A DNA stretch of 64,000 nucleotides, from positions 69,015-133,014 of the forward strand of contig CAYOQI010000001.1 in the NCBI GenBank assembly GCA_964406075.1, written 5' to 3'. Source of the stretch: an uncultured Pseudomonadales bacterium. Lineage in GTDB: Bacteria; Patescibacteriota; Microgenomatia; UBA1400; PJMF01. Below, piece after piece: positions 26,846-35,451 of this stretch (position 1 is its first letter; the number at the start of each line of letters is the position of its first letter). A program made the translations under genes and the position numbers. The notes beneath the pieces are model-generated. The model made no database searches. It saw only the letters and a program-made list of their open reading frames with translations, and was not told where the DNA came from.

Positions 26846-28414
26846 TTACTCAGTGCGTTTTTGGTATGTTTCAAGGATTTTTTTAAAGCGGTTTTTAAAG
26901 TTTTCTCTACTAAAGTACTTGCTTCGTTTTATTGCATTTTCTTGATATTCAGAAAGCAATTTGTCATCAGATATCAAATTTTGAGTATGGAGTAAAAGTT
27001 CTTCACGTGTTTCCCAAACGAAACCGCTTTTTTCTTTTACAATCTCAGGTTGCCCACCTTTATTGATTACTACAGGAACACAACCAGACGCCATGGCTTC
27101 CACTGTGGTAATACCAAAGTGTTCCATTTGAATTGGATTCTTTTGTTCATTCTCATCCAAACCGGTTGCATGCCAATATATTTTAGATGAGGCCATTATT
27201 TTCTTTAGAGTTGAAAAAGTTGCATTAGTATGTAAAAAGACTGGATAGTTCTCTGCTTCTTCTTTAATTTTTTCAACATACTGACTATGAACGTTTCCTT
27301 CGGCAATACCACCGATCAAATGAAACTCCCAGTCAGCGATTCCATCATCAACAAGTTGTTTGAAAGCTCGAACAAGTTCTAATTGTTTTTTTGAATGACC
27401 ACCTACAAAAAATCTTCCGACATGCAAAATATAATTAGATTTTTTTGGAGCCGGTGTAAAGTCTGTGGTAGAAACAGGTGGATACAAAATGGTACTTTTC
27501 ATTCCCCAATATTTTTTCACCCAAGTTTGAGTAAACGCCGAAATTGAAATAATTTGGTCATACGATTCAATATCTGAAAATTTTGTCGGTGAAGCGCCAC
27601 CATGTAGTCGCATTTCCCAAACAGGAAAAATTGATTTAAAAATGTTGTATAAAACGTACCGAAGACTTGGAATGGAAAGTTGGACGAGTGAAACTTCATC
27701 AGAAAAATCAGTCTCTGGCAAATGAATCGTAAACGGTTTATGAATACTTTCCTCAGGGAAAGTAAAGAAATATTCTACTGTATTGGATTGAAAATGTATC
27801 ACACGATCTTGCGGGTCGATACTTTTTCCGTCAAAAGAAAACTTCATTAGATCGACGGCTGAGAATGCTAAGTACTCAAAATAAAGTGTAATTTTAATAG
27901 TATGAATATTTTGATTAAAATAAATGGATGACTCTTTCCCCAACCATTTATGCATGTAACGATCTTGATAGGTGTCATATCGAAAACCTTCAAACAGTGA
28001 AGGATAAATAAAAAACCTTCTCAATGTTGGAACAATATGTGCCCGCTTTAAGTACTCATACCAATTGACAGTGATTTTTGATGGGAAAAAAATAGAGAGT
28101 AATCCAACAGTACTTCTATTTGGAATGTAGTCTAGAAAAGAATTGCAGATAAAGATGTTGTATTCTTCGGTGTACTGACTGAGTTGGTAATCTAAGAGAT
28201 TTGGGATGTATCGAATTTGAATACCTTTTAAATTCACGTTCATCTTCTGTTCTGCCTGGGCAACATCAACTTTTTGATGAGTAAGTAGTGTTGTTTCAAA
28301 TCCCAAATCTCGTAATGTTTCTGCGTATGCAAAAGCAACTTGCTCTCCTCCACCAAGAGTCGAAAGCCAACGATCATACACTGCAGCAGTTTTTAGTCGT
28401 GTTTTATTTTTCAT
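26846..28414 (-). CDS. Glycosyltransferase family 4 with a long internal insertion
   Basis: The N-terminal part has LGGGEQVAF and the C-terminal part has MEHFGITTVEAMASGCVPV. About 200 aa between the GT-B halves is unassigned. Confidence 0.75.
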   Translation of the reverse strand: MKNKTRLKTAAVYDRWLSTLGGGEQVAFAYAETLRDLGFETTLLTHQKVDVAQAEQKMNVNLKGIQIRYIPNLLDYQLSQYTEEYNIFICNSFLDYIPNRSTVGLLSIFFPSKITVNWYEYLKRAHIVPTLRRFFIYPSLFEGFRYDTYQDRYMHKWLGKESSIYFNQNIHTIKITLYFEYLAFSAVDLMKFSFDGKSIDPQDRVIHFQSNTVEYFFTFPEESIHKPFTIHLPETDFSDEVSLVQLSIPSLRYVLYNIFKSIFPVWEMRLHGGASPTKFSDIESYDQIISISAFTQTWVKKYWGMKSTILYPPVSTTDFTPAPKKSNYILHVGRFFVGGHSKKQLELVRAFKQLVDDGIADWEFHLIGGIAEGNVHSQYVEKIKEEAENYPVFLHTNATFSTLKKIMASSKIYWHATGLDENEQKNPIQMEHFGITTVEAMASGCVPVVINKGGQPEIVKEKSGFVWETREELLLHTQNLISDDKLLSEYQENAIKRSKYFSRENFKNRFKKILETYQKRTE

Positions 28415-28441
28415 TCAGAATTTAATTTTTTTCTACTCAAC

Positions 28442-29860
28442 TTAATAGCATGATAAGTATATCTCCATCATCTTCACACGCTCCTTCTTACTTAATCTCA
28501 TTCGTTCAAAATACATCCGAAAACCATCTTTTATTAACCAACGAATAATTTTTATTCGGACATCAGAGCGTTCTTTAAAATCTTCAAATGCAACCCAATT
28601 TTGCACAATCCTCCATCGAATCATTTTAATAATGCCGATGAGAAAAACTGCAAAAAACTCAAGCGTTTGCTGGATGACGACTGAGAGTGGAAAGTGTCTG
28701 AACACAAATGCAAGATGATTCCTTTCGACATGGAAAATGAAAAATGGCGACCACTCCACACTAGAACCAGCATGTATGTGATACACAAGAGATTTTGGTT
28801 CAAAAACCAATCGATAGCCCGCTCTTCTGAGCTTAACACTTAAGTCTGTATCTTCATAATACATAAAGAACGTTTCATCAAAGCCACCAAATTCTTGATA
28901 CATTTTTTTTCTCAAAAGCACACTTACACCGCAAAATGCCAAGATATCAGAACTTTCTTGATAAAAAGCATTATCTATTTCATAGATCTGATTGTATTTT
29001 TTTACGACTGCGCCTCTGTCTCGGCTGTGCCCTGAGCGAAAGATGACGTTTCCTGCATTTTGAACTCTATACAAAAGATTTTTCTGAAAATCCTTGATCG
29101 GAAAACTGAAATGATATTGTTTAACTTCATATGAATCTAATACATCTTTTTTAATTTCCTGATTTCCCAGCAGTATTGATATATGCGTTTTTAAGTGCGA
29201 GGTCGATTTTTGTGCTCTGATTGTAATCAAAAATTCTAATTTTTTTTTGTTCGTATCGGCTGGGACTAAGATCACACCTTTACCTTTTGTCCACCGCATC
29301 GCAACTTCTCCTTTTTCAACATCATAAAAACCTTTTTGATAATGAATTTGCCTTTGTAATTGAGGATCGTCGATAATGAGGTCTTCGACTAAAACGCCAA
29401 CTGATTGAAAATCTAAGGCATGAGTAAACTCAGAACGTGAATGAACATCTGAAGTAATTGTCAAAGGGATACAGGGGAAAGAAAGATGCGATTTTGAATT
29501 GACCGCAGCAATTTGTGGATCAGATTCAGCGCGAGTAACCAAAGCTTGTAACCAATTTTCATCTACCCAAGTGTCATTGTTTAACAACACCACGTATTCA
29601 CCTTGAGCTTTCGATACGCCGAGATTATTTCCACCTGCAAATCCAAGGTTTTCCTTACTTTGAATTAATTGGACGTAGGGATAATTATTTTTTATAAATG
29701 TGACTGAGTTATCGTGAGAGTTATTGTCTACAATAATTATTTCAAACCTTGACTTGGGATAAGTAATTTTCTTAAGTGAAGTGAGACAACGCTCTAAATG
29801 GGTTTTTCCATTAAAGTTCACTATGATGATAGAGACAAATGGAAACTGATTTTCTTTCAT
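28442..29860 (-). CDS. Glycosyltransferase family 2 with a C-terminal membrane anchor
   Basis: Motifs VSIIIVNFNG, IIVDNNSHDNS and VLLNNDTWV are present, with C-terminal hydrophobic helices. Confidence 0.8.
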   Translation of the reverse strand: MKENQFPFVSIIIVNFNGKTHLERCLTSLKKITYPKSRFEIIIVDNNSHDNSVTFIKNNYPYVQLIQSKENLGFAGGNNLGVSKAQGEYVVLLNNDTWVDENWLQALVTRAESDPQIAAVNSKSHLSFPCIPLTITSDVHSRSEFTHALDFQSVGVLVEDLIIDDPQLQRQIHYQKGFYDVEKGEVAMRWTKGKGVILVPADTNKKKLEFLITIRAQKSTSHLKTHISILLGNQEIKKDVLDSYEVKQYHFSFPIKDFQKNLLYRVQNAGNVIFRSGHSRDRGAVVKKYNQIYEIDNAFYQESSDILAFCGVSVLLRKKMYQEFGGFDETFFMYYEDTDLSVKLRRAGYRLVFEPKSLVYHIHAGSSVEWSPFFIFHVERNHLAFVFRHFPLSVVIQQTLEFFAVFLIGIIKMIRWRIVQNWVAFEDFKERSDVRIKIIRWLIKDGFRMYFERMRLSKKERVKMMEIYLSCY

Positions 29861-31602
29861 AAATCTTTTTGATACACAATTGATCCCTCATCAGAAGAAA
29901 CTGCTGTAAAGGAATGAAGTTCAGAGAAGAAAGCACGTAATCGGGCAGAATCACTGGCATCCTGAGCAACCACATTTAGTTTCAGCAATGAAACATTCTT
30001 TTTGTCCAATAGTTTTTCAAAACTTGCAGGTGAGTTTTTTTGAACTGCTTGTGTAATCGAAATCTCATATTCTTCAATTTCTCTAGGAGTAAATCCACTG
30101 TAGCCGTTCACAAGATAACATCCATGTTGCAAGGAAGCGAGCAGCATTTCACTTTTGTACGGTAAATAAAATTCGTTACCTGTGCTTTCAATTTGCCAAT
30201 TCATAGGATACTCCAAAAGCACTTTTTGTTCAGCGGCACATGCTTGCTCGATTTCAAGATAACGACTTTGGAGATAATAACTTCTCGAACTAGCAGGAAT
30301 TTGTAATGGAATTATTTCTAAAAAAAACACTACCGTCATCATTGCTATAACAACATTTCTCACCCTATTATCCTCAATTTTTTGTAAGGCTTTACCTGAA
30401 AAGTATGCTAAGCCTAAGTAGAATAAGAATGCCCATCGGTTCGTGGCGCGGACTGGTTCAACGAGTGGTAAAACTTTCATTACTAGATGGTAAGGTAAAG
30501 GAATATTGGTAAAAATCCCGTTCACATTCAATCGAGGGCCCAAAGAAAAAATGAAACCTGTTACAAGCAGGATGAAGAAAAACACATCAATCTGATTCAA
30601 TCGAATTGAAATCTCTTGAACTTTTTTTCCAAATTTAAAACTAAACAGACCTGCAGTTGATAACAGTACCAAAGAAATTCCTGGCCAGCTCACCCATTCA
30701 CCAATCGTATGTTGATTAAATTTATTCCATCCAGAAAAAACTGTGCCAGCGAGAAAACTTCGAAAAGGTCGAATTTGATGAAAAAAGTAATCTGTAATAT
30801 GTGCAGCGTAGAACGCATACTCACCGTATGAACGATGAATTTGATATGCATGTTGTGTGTCAAAGTATTTCCATAAAAATGGAACGACTGTTACTAGGAA
30901 AGAACAGGCTGTAATTGCAGGATACAGCAAAGATGTAAGGATGTTTTGCTTTTGACTCAGTTTGAAAACAACTTCTACCCCATACCAAACAAGTATGATC
31001 CAGATAAAGAAGACTGCCAGATAGACGCTGATTAAAAACTGAAGAGTTAATAAGAGTCCTAAGATTACAGAATCGAATAATGAGGTCTTTTGGTGTTGCT
31101 TGAGAATTAAACCTACTCCGAACAAGAGCGGCCAGATATTGATCATTTGAAAATGACCAAGTTGTAAAAAAAGAAAAGGCGAAAACACAGTGGCAACTGA
31201 AAGAAAAAAAACAAACGCAGAATTGTTTGAAAATCTTTTCCATAAAAAAACGCTTGCCATACTATTTAAACCAAGAGTGATAAAAAAAAGTGTATTTAAA
31301 ATAAGAATAAAATTCGTCGTAAATGTCAGTAGTACTGCTGCAATAACTGCCTGAGGTAGTAATAAATCGGAAAAAAACAATACACTTTGATGGGGATAAA
31401 AGATGTTGGCTTCACCGAGAGCAAAAAACTGAAATGACCGAAGATTCTGAGCTTGCTCAATAATCGTCCAAATATAATATGGATAGTCATTCCAATCGAG
31501 TAAATGTGTAGTGACATTAAAAAATACTGATCGGAAAATGAAAATGCCGAGACAAAGGAGAAGAACAGGGATGACGACATACATGTTCTGAATTTTGTTC
31601 AT
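29857..31602 (-). CDS. Large polytopic membrane protein, GT-C-like; paralog of 35452..37257
   Basis: Motifs HLLDWNDYPYYIW, NIFYPHQSVLFFSDLLLPQ, LGPRLN...PLPYHLVMKVLPLVEPVRATNRW, VLLEYPM and VNGYSGFTP are shared with the paralog. Confidence 0.5.
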   Translation of the reverse strand: MNKIQNMYVVIPVLLLCLGIFIFRSVFFNVTTHLLDWNDYPYYIWTIIEQAQNLRSFQFFALGEANIFYPHQSVLFFSDLLLPQAVIAAVLLTFTTNFILILNTLFFITLGLNSMASVFLWKRFSNNSAFVFFLSVATVFSPFLFLQLGHFQMINIWPLLFGVGLILKQHQKTSLFDSVILGLLLTLQFLISVYLAVFFIWIILVWYGVEVVFKLSQKQNILTSLLYPAITACSFLVTVVPFLWKYFDTQHAYQIHRSYGEYAFYAAHITDYFFHQIRPFRSFLAGTVFSGWNKFNQHTIGEWVSWPGISLVLLSTAGLFSFKFGKKVQEISIRLNQIDVFFFILLVTGFIFSLGPRLNVNGIFTNIPLPYHLVMKVLPLVEPVRATNRWAFLFYLGLAYFSGKALQKIEDNRVRNVVIAMMTVVFFLEIIPLQIPASSRSYYLQSRYLEIEQACAAEQKVLLEYPMNWQIESTGNEFYLPYKSEMLLASLQHGCYLVNGYSGFTPREIEEYEISITQAVQKNSPASFEKLLDKKNVSLLKLNVVAQDASDSARLRAFFSELHSFTAVSSDEGSIVYQKDL

Positions 31603-31608
31603 GAGACG

Positions 31609-31614
31609 ATTCTA
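31609..31614 (-). promoter_or_regulatory. -10 TAGAAT, 6 nt upstream of the ATG at 31602 (leaderless-type geometry)
   Basis: The reverse complement of 31603-31616 reads GCTAGAATCGTCTC followed by ATG. Confidence 0.4.
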
Positions 31615-31674
31615 GCTGGTTTATCCTCACATTCAAACAATTACTCTCAGCTCTCAGACAGACTCCAAGTTCAA

Positions 31675-31683
31675 TGTTAGAAT
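31675..31683 (+). promoter_or_regulatory. Extended -10 TGTTAGAAT, 7 nt upstream of the ATG at 31691 (leaderless-type geometry)
   Basis: The sequence reads TGTTAGAAT-CAAACTG-ATG. No SD is present. Confidence 0.4.
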
Positions 31684-31690
31684 CAAACTG

Positions 31691-33751
31691 ATGAATAGAG
31701 CTTTTTGGATCACTTACTTCTTTTTTTCTTTTTCCTTTTTAACGTTGTTTGCTTCCGGAATTGTTGAATCACAAGATGGCCAACAATATTTAACGATCGC
31801 TCGGAGGATGTATTACGACCGTACATTTGAAATGCCACATGAAGAGTATCCATTGGAAAATATTCACATGAGTGTTGGCATAGCTTCAGATGGAAAAAGG
31901 TATAGCCCGACAGGATTAGGATTCTCACTCGCACTCATGCCAGCTGTTGTGATTGAAGATGTTTTTCTCCGGATCACGGGAGAAAATCCAATTCAAGCAT
32001 TTCCTTTACAATCAGATTGGCCAGTTCAACTTTTTGCAAGTATGACGAATGCGTTTTTCGGAGCTGTACTTTGTACAGCACTTGGCATGTATCTTCACAC
32101 ATTTTCTATTTCAAAAAAGAAAGCTGCTTTACTGAGTTTTTGTTTAGTTATCTCGAACAATTTCTTTCCGTACACGAAACACGTCTTCGCTCACATGATG
32201 TTCTTGGCTTTTTTGACGACCACTTTTTACTTAATTCGGAAATTTTCCCTCACAAAAAAAAGAAAGTTTCTTTTTCTCGCTGGAGTGAGCTTTGGAATTG
32301 TTGTGATTTCGTATAACCCAATCTTTTTATTAACCTTACCGGCATTGGGAATTTATTACCTGCTTCTGATTCAGCGACCGTTTTATTTTTCATGGTTTAA
32401 AGAATTGGTCAAAGACCTTGTCGTTGGGTTAGCTGGTCTGCTTCCTTTTATCAAACTCTATACCTGGTTTAATACGGTTCGATTTGGAGGAGGAATTTCA
32501 ACAGGGTATGGGTCAGGTGGGATTCCACACATTCCTTTCCCTCCGCTGTATGTCATTTTTGACGGAAGTTGGAATTTACTCTTTAGTGCTGGAAAAAGCA
32601 TCTTTCTTTTCTCACCAACGCTTCTACTCCTCATATTATTTTGGCATAAAATTCCAGTTAAACGATTAAAAGCAGAGCTGATTGCCTTCTCAATTTTATT
32701 TGTCATTTTCTTTTGGTTTTTTGCAACTTTGCTGGGTGGAGTGGATTATCTGCTTTGGCATGGTGATTCGAGTTGGGGACCAAGATATATGTTGCCTATT
32801 CTTCCAGGATTTTTATTGATTGCAGGAGTATTGATAACACAAATGACAAAAAAGCAGAAAATATTTGTCGTTGTGCCACTTTTCTTGATTGGATTATTTG
32901 TTCAATTATGTTCGGTACTACTTCCCTATCAAATTCGGTTTGCTGGGTTACAATCGGATACCCAGTTCAATGGGAGAAATTTCAATGTCTACGAGTATGG
33001 GAATATTATCCCCCGATATTCTCCGGTACTTACAATGAGTAAAACGCTTGTGAAGCGTGTGCTTCGAGCCGACCGTCTGTTTGATCGAGGTCAATATAAT
33101 CTGTATTTGAAAGATGGATTTGATCGGCCTTTCCGACCAAACAAAGATGAATCGTGGCGAGAAATTCATGCTCCATCACTCATGACTCTCCAATTTCCTG
33201 GTCATTCAGTTAATAACTTTGATTTGTTAATCAGTAATCATCCAATTATTCCGACAAGTTCGTATTCGGCTCAGGTTCGAATATTGAATGACGGGCAAGA
33301 ATTAGTTACAGCAAGTATTAGTGCGAGTACTGAGCAACGTCTTCAATTCCAAGTAACACCAGATGATAAAGATGTTACACACATTATTTTTGAACCATCG
33401 TTTATTGGAACTAGCTCAGCCGAATTACCAAAACAACAATTGATATTTCTCAAAGATTTTAAAATTAATGGGCAAAAACAAAACCTAAATTTAATTGATT
33501 TTCCGTTTATTTCCCCTGTGTCACAAAAACTTCTAGATATCGAGTACAGTTATTATGGTAAAAATCAAACTGATCCTTGGACGATCTGGCATATGCGTTC
33601 AACCGTTTTTGAGGAGACATTTGATTTATGGTGGCTAAGGCCTTTTCACTACTGGGATTTACCCAAGCCATTCTTTTTGACCTTGTTTACTAGTAACTTG
33701 CTTGGTCTGATAATTTCTTTGTTCATTTTGTTAAAAACAAAAGGAAAATAA
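31691..33751 (+). CDS. Large polytopic membrane protein, GT-C-like (ArnT/GT39-related)
   Basis: The 686-aa protein has the first loop ESQDGQQYLTIARRMYYDRTFE, many TM segments, and a ~230-aa soluble domain before a final TM. Confidence 0.5.
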   Translation: MNRAFWITYFFFSFSFLTLFASGIVESQDGQQYLTIARRMYYDRTFEMPHEEYPLENIHMSVGIASDGKRYSPTGLGFSLALMPAVVIEDVFLRITGENPIQAFPLQSDWPVQLFASMTNAFFGAVLCTALGMYLHTFSISKKKAALLSFCLVISNNFFPYTKHVFAHMMFLAFLTTTFYLIRKFSLTKKRKFLFLAGVSFGIVVISYNPIFLLTLPALGIYYLLLIQRPFYFSWFKELVKDLVVGLAGLLPFIKLYTWFNTVRFGGGISTGYGSGGIPHIPFPPLYVIFDGSWNLLFSAGKSIFLFSPTLLLLILFWHKIPVKRLKAELIAFSILFVIFFWFFATLLGGVDYLLWHGDSSWGPRYMLPILPGFLLIAGVLITQMTKKQKIFVVVPLFLIGLFVQLCSVLLPYQIRFAGLQSDTQFNGRNFNVYEYGNIIPRYSPVLTMSKTLVKRVLRADRLFDRGQYNLYLKDGFDRPFRPNKDESWREIHAPSLMTLQFPGHSVNNFDLLISNHPIIPTSSYSAQVRILNDGQELVTASISASTEQRLQFQVTPDDKDVTHIIFEPSFIGTSSAELPKQQLIFLKDFKINGQKQNLNLIDFPFISPVSQKLLDIEYSYYGKNQTDPWTIWHMRSTVFEETFDLWWLRPFHYWDLPKPFFLTLFTSNLLGLIISLFILLKTKGK

Positions 33752-34497
33752 TGTTTAAAAAAAATCTGTACCGTGTGATTGAAAAATTTCCAATTCTTGT
33801 ACGAATGCGGGCTGAATACTGGAGACGTAAACATCTGCTGTTTTGGAAAATCGGTCACTATCAATCACTCTCACGAAGAGAAAGTGATATTCAAACATAC
33901 CTTGACCAACAGAAAGTTCGAAAGCTTCAAGTCGGATGTTGGCCGTATATGCGCGAAGGCTGGTTAAATACGGAACTATATGGAAGTAAAGAACTTGTTC
34001 CGCTCGACCTTTTAAAACCTTTCCCGCTTCCCACTTCATCTATTGATTATATTTTCTCTGAACATGTACACGAGCATTTTTCTTTCCAGCAAGGTCAAGT
34101 CATGCTGAAGGAATTTTATCGAGTTTTGAGAAAGAACGGGAAAATTCGATTGGCTACCCCAGATTTACAATTTCTGATCGATTTATATGGTAAAACACCT
34201 TCGCCCCTACAAAAAAAATATATTCAGTGGTCAAGCTCTGAATTTAAATTAGAAAATAATCAGGCCACCCATGTCATCAATAATTTTATGAGAGCTTGGG
34301 GGCATCAGTTTATTTATGATTTTAAAACACTAAAATGGGCATTAGAGCAGGTCGGATTTGTCGACGTTGTGCAATGTAAACCAGGGAAAAGCAGCGATCC
34401 ACATCTGAAAAACCTTGAATCACATTGGAAATCAACTTCTCAGGAGTTTAATAATTTGGAGACTTTAGTCGTAGAAGCCCGTAAAAACGTACGGTAA
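33751..34497 (+). CDS. Class I SAM-dependent methyltransferase (Methyltransf_11/23-like)
   Basis: Motifs LQVGCWPYMREGWLNTE, IDYIFSEHVHEHF and FYRVLRKNGKIRLATPD are present. The start overlaps the upstream stop by 1 nt. Confidence 0.75.
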   Translation: MFKKNLYRVIEKFPILVRMRAEYWRRKHLLFWKIGHYQSLSRRESDIQTYLDQQKVRKLQVGCWPYMREGWLNTELYGSKELVPLDLLKPFPLPTSSIDYIFSEHVHEHFSFQQGQVMLKEFYRVLRKNGKIRLATPDLQFLIDLYGKTPSPLQKKYIQWSSSEFKLENNQATHVINNFMRAWGHQFIYDFKTLKWALEQVGFVDVVQCKPGKSSDPHLKNLESHWKSTSQEFNNLETLVVEARKNVR

Positions 34498-35388
34498 CTT
34501 TTTTATTCGAACTTTTACTTTCCTCCACTTTAACCACATTTTAAAGAAGAAAGAGTTCTTATATTCAGTTTCAATTGTAAATGTTTCGAGAAACAGTTTT
34601 TCATTTTTCATCGTAGGTTGGCCATGATTTAGCCAGTACTTTGCCACTTCTGCGAATCGATAAATATCCATGAGTTTGCTCATCACATATCCACCAAACC
34701 CATCTTTAAACCCTTCTTTGGCCACGAAGCCAAAGCGAAAACCATGTTGAAGATAATTCAGTACCGCGTCTGACTCAAACGCATGATCTTTCAAGTATTC
34801 AGAAAAAGATGAATCATGGGTGCTGTAATTATCTGTTTTTGCTAAGAGAAAATTTGGATCGACAGACACTGTGTGAATCAACGCATACTCAGGTTCTGCC
34901 GAGAGATAATAAATTTGTTTTTTGGTGACTGCACCTGCGTGAATAGTAGCTGGCCACTGAACTGTCCCTTTTTTGTATAGTCTAATCTGATAATTGGGCC
35001 AGTAATCATTGCCTTTCATCCACTGATTAAAGATGATATTTTTTCGAGGGATTGCAATCACCTCGTGATCAGCCGCTATCAATTTTGGGATTTCCTTTTT
35101 TAATTTTGGAGACAAACACTCATCTGCATCCAAAACCAGTACCCATTTTCCAGTCGTATATTTTTCACCAATTTTCCGAGCTGGTTCAACAAACCCAAAA
35201 TTTCTCACTTGAAATATTTTGGCACCATGCTTCTGAGCGATTGAACACGTTGAGTCAGTGCTTCCCATGTCAGCAATCACAATCTCATCAACAATCCCTT
35301 CTGTGGAAGCAATACATGCATCGAGCACTTTTTCTTCATTTTTTGTATTGATGAGTAAGCTTAAACTAGTCGGCATAACGACCTTCAT
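34465..35388 (-). CDS. Glycosyltransferase family 2
   Basis: Motifs SLLINTKNEEKVL, IADMGSTDST and LVLDADE are present. Confidence 0.75.
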   Translation of the reverse strand: MKVVMPTSLSLLINTKNEEKVLDACIASTEGIVDEIVIADMGSTDSTCSIAQKHGAKIFQVRNFGFVEPARKIGEKYTTGKWVLVLDADECLSPKLKKEIPKLIAADHEVIAIPRKNIIFNQWMKGNDYWPNYQIRLYKKGTVQWPATIHAGAVTKKQIYYLSAEPEYALIHTVSVDPNFLLAKTDNYSTHDSSFSEYLKDHAFESDAVLNYLQHGFRFGFVAKEGFKDGFGGYVMSKLMDIYRFAEVAKYWLNHGQPTMKNEKLFLETFTIETEYKNSFFFKMWLKWRKVKVRIKKLPYVFTGFYD

Positions 35389-35394
35389 GTAAGT

Positions 35395-35400
35395 AGTGTA
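35395..35400 (-). promoter_or_regulatory. -10-like TACACT, 6 nt upstream of the ATG at 35388
   Basis: The reverse complement of 35389-35400 reads TACACTACTTAC followed by ATG. Confidence 0.3.
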
Positions 35401-35451
35401 ATATGTATTCTACTGCAGATAATTAAGAACAGACCACAGATCATTTTCTCC

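Noticed and set aside
34465-34497. A 33-nt convergent 3' overlap between the methyltransferase (33751-34497) and the GT2 (34465-35388), considered as an antisense regulatory device.
   Set aside because: Small convergent overlaps are common throughout this compact window (also 12704-12707 and 46985-46988). Nothing else marks this one as special.
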